Below, in pieces: positions 61,976 to 64,000 of a stretch of 64,000 nt of DNA. Below the pieces are notes generated by a model. The model did no database searches. It had not been told where the DNA came from and worked only from the letters and a program-made list of their open reading frames with translations. Position numbers and translations under genes: made by a program. The DNA is taken from the NCBI GenBank assembly GCA_965277405.1, contig OZ255726.1, positions 352,001-416,000 on the forward strand, in the 5' to 3' direction. This stretch comes from Gammaproteobacteria bacterium (lineage in GTDB: Bacteria; Pseudomonadota; Gammaproteobacteria; G965277405). Position 1 is the stretch's first letter, and every line of letters starts with the position of its first letter.

Positions 61976-63280
61976 ATGGGATTCATCGAAGATAACGCTC
62001 TCCTGCTTATGGTTTGTATCTTGATTGTCACAACAATTTCAGGGCTGCCTTTAGGAATTGCCATGATCGCTTCCAGCGTATTCTACTTACTAATGTCTGG
62101 CAGCGATGTAGGACTTGCTGCAGAACATGTGCTGAACGGAACGTTTGGTAATTTTATAGCTTTAGCAGTCCCTTTATTTATTTTTGCTGCAAATATTATG
62201 AATGCGGGGAAAATAACCGATAGGTTGCTGACGTTTGCTCTGACTCTGATAGGCGGAGTTCCTGGCGGTCTTGCACAAGTAAATATTCTCACGTCTTTAA
62301 TATTTTCTGGAATGTCGGGTTCTGCAATTTCAGATGCGGCTGGCGTCGGTAAAATTATCACTAATATGATGACTAAAGACGGACGTTATCCCCGCGGTTT
62401 TGCAGGAGCATTAACTGCAACAACAGCGGTCGTGGGTCCTATCTTCCCACCTTCCATCCCGATGGTTTTCTATGCGCTGATCTCATCGACATCAGTTGGT
62501 GCGTTGTTCATTGCAGGTATTGTGCCTGCATTTATGGTATGTCTTGCGCTTGGTGTCGCCGTATACATAATGTCCAAAATACGCGGGTTTCCAATTGAAA
62601 CAGGCGGTACACTCCGTGCGCTGCCATTCGCCTTTATCAAAGCATTTCCTGCATTGTTGATGCCAGTCATTCTGCTTGGAGGCATCTATTCAGGTGTTTT
62701 TACACCGACAGAAGCAGCTGCAGCCGCATCTTTGTATGCACTATTACTTGCGGTTTTTGCCTACAGAGTTTTGGGAATAATAGGATTTTGGAACATCACG
62801 GTCGACACTGTACGCACTACGGCAGTCGTGACACTCGTGCTTGGTGGCGCGTTTATATTTAACTATGTAATTACTGTAGAACAACTGCCACAAAACATCT
62901 TCGCAATCTTTGACTCATGGGATTTATCCAGAATACAATTTTTACTATTGCTGAATCTACTCTTTTTAATCCTCGGATGTTTCCTTGACGTATCAACAAT
63001 TATGCTGGTTGTTACGCCTTTATTTATCCCAAGTGCGGTGAAGTTAGGCATTGATTTGCACTTCTTGGGGGTGGTATTAGTGTTTAACATGATGATTGGG
63101 CTTATCACACCTCCATACGGGATATTACTCTACATTATTAAAGCACTGAACGGGATACCAATTAGGGAAATGGTTCGAGAAGTGTGGATATTTATAGCCA
63201 TTCTGATTGCACTTTTACTTTTTTTTACTGTATCTCCTGATTTTATTCTCTGGTTACCGCGCTTGGTTGGAGCTCTATAA
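61976..63280 (+). CDS. dctM: TRAP transporter large permease
   Basis: GGLAQVN, SGMSGSA..D, PPSIP, FTPTEA, GLITPPYG. Confidence 0.93.
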   Translation: MGFIEDNALLLMVCILIVTTISGLPLGIAMIASSVFYLLMSGSDVGLAAEHVLNGTFGNFIALAVPLFIFAANIMNAGKITDRLLTFALTLIGGVPGGLAQVNILTSLIFSGMSGSAISDAAGVGKIITNMMTKDGRYPRGFAGALTATTAVVGPIFPPSIPMVFYALISSTSVGALFIAGIVPAFMVCLALGVAVYIMSKIRGFPIETGGTLRALPFAFIKAFPALLMPVILLGGIYSGVFTPTEAAAAASLYALLLAVFAYRVLGIIGFWNITVDTVRTTAVVTLVLGGAFIFNYVITVEQLPQNIFAIFDSWDLSRIQFLLLLNLLFLILGCFLDVSTIMLVVTPLFIPSAVKLGIDLHFLGVVLVFNMMIGLITPPYGILLYIIKALNGIPIREMVREVWIFIAILIALLLFFTVSPDFILWLPRLVGAL

Positions 63281-63474
63281 AACAAGCGAATACACGTTAT
63301 TATCCCATGTGTAAATATTAACCCCGATCGTTAATGATAGTTCCCACTAGCAAACGGCAGTAACAAAAGAACAATTTCAACACATCAATTTGCGCATACT
63401 CCTAAAACCTTCGCAATTAGCGCTATAGCAAGCACTGTGGATTAATAACTGAGGTTATCAGCTGATAACGCTAA

Positions 63475-63754
63475 GAAACCGCTGATTAAGTCGCTGATGG
63501 AGCGAGTTTGCCGGCAATTGCTGATGATTGCAAGGCGCATGCCGTAGCATATACACCAGGGGATGCAACACAGCAAGTACCGCTGCCGCAAACCCAAAGT
63601 ATATTCAACAGCAGGACGGGAAAAAAGCGGTACTAACGTCGTTGCTGCACTTGGCAATACCCGCAAGACCCACCAGTTTTATCCGCGCACTGTGCTTAAG
63701 TATCATCAGCGTTTTTTCTCCGTCTCGCCCATCATGGACTTAATCAGAGCTTCC
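63475..63754 (+). mobile_element. MITE family copy (full length)
   Basis: CTAA duplication; left TIR slightly degenerate. Confidence 0.9.
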
Positions 63755-64000
63755 CTAAGCCACAAGGCGTTGATTGGTGGCGAAATAACCAGCGATGATC
63801 TAGGAGATTTGCATTACGCAGATTGTCTAATTTGCGGTCGCATTTTCAGCAAATAAATAAAGCACACAAAATATATACCAATCACGATTGCACCTACCCA
63901 TTGAATCTCTAAGAAGTCAAGGTTGTAGAGCAATGTCAGTATTGTGAGCAACACAATATTACCTACAACGTATTTTACCTTCCCAAGCCGTTTAACTGTG

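Noticed and set aside
39162-63856. Recurrent short ORFs such as MPAIADDCKAHSAGACRSIYAKG and MERVCLQLLMIARR
   Set aside because: They are translations of the MITE. Frames and lengths differ between copies because of indels, and none resembles a transposase.

Overview
Chromosomal segment of a bacterium, most likely a gammaproteobacterium, judged from the parC, topA, dnaB, hfq-hflKC, tpiA-secG-tRNA-Leu and acpP-fabF-mltG-tmk genes. It carries about 50 genes and three tRNAs: Leu-GAG, Gly-GCC and an unusual Arg-TCG. Housekeeping operons are fragmented. The dominant unexplained structure is a family of ~285-bp non-autonomous inverted-repeat elements (MITEs) with GGAAGCTCTGATTAAGTC termini and YTAR target sites, resembling IS5-subgroup ends. 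There are about 10 intact copies, one nested copy-in-copy, several partial copies, solo ends and two 47-bp mini-hairpin derivatives, but no transposase. The elements bracket almost every accessory transport or metabolic gene, are recombinant mosaics of each other, supply a stop codon and may supply promoters. Other oddities are an unannotated 43-aa peptide divergent from a membrane-tailed XRE regulator, a SecG with a long OmpA-like C-terminal extension, a duplicated RNase H 5' fragment flanking an ABC transporter island, and a mosaic TonB-dependent receptor. All calls come from reading the sequence and recognising motifs; no database searches were run.
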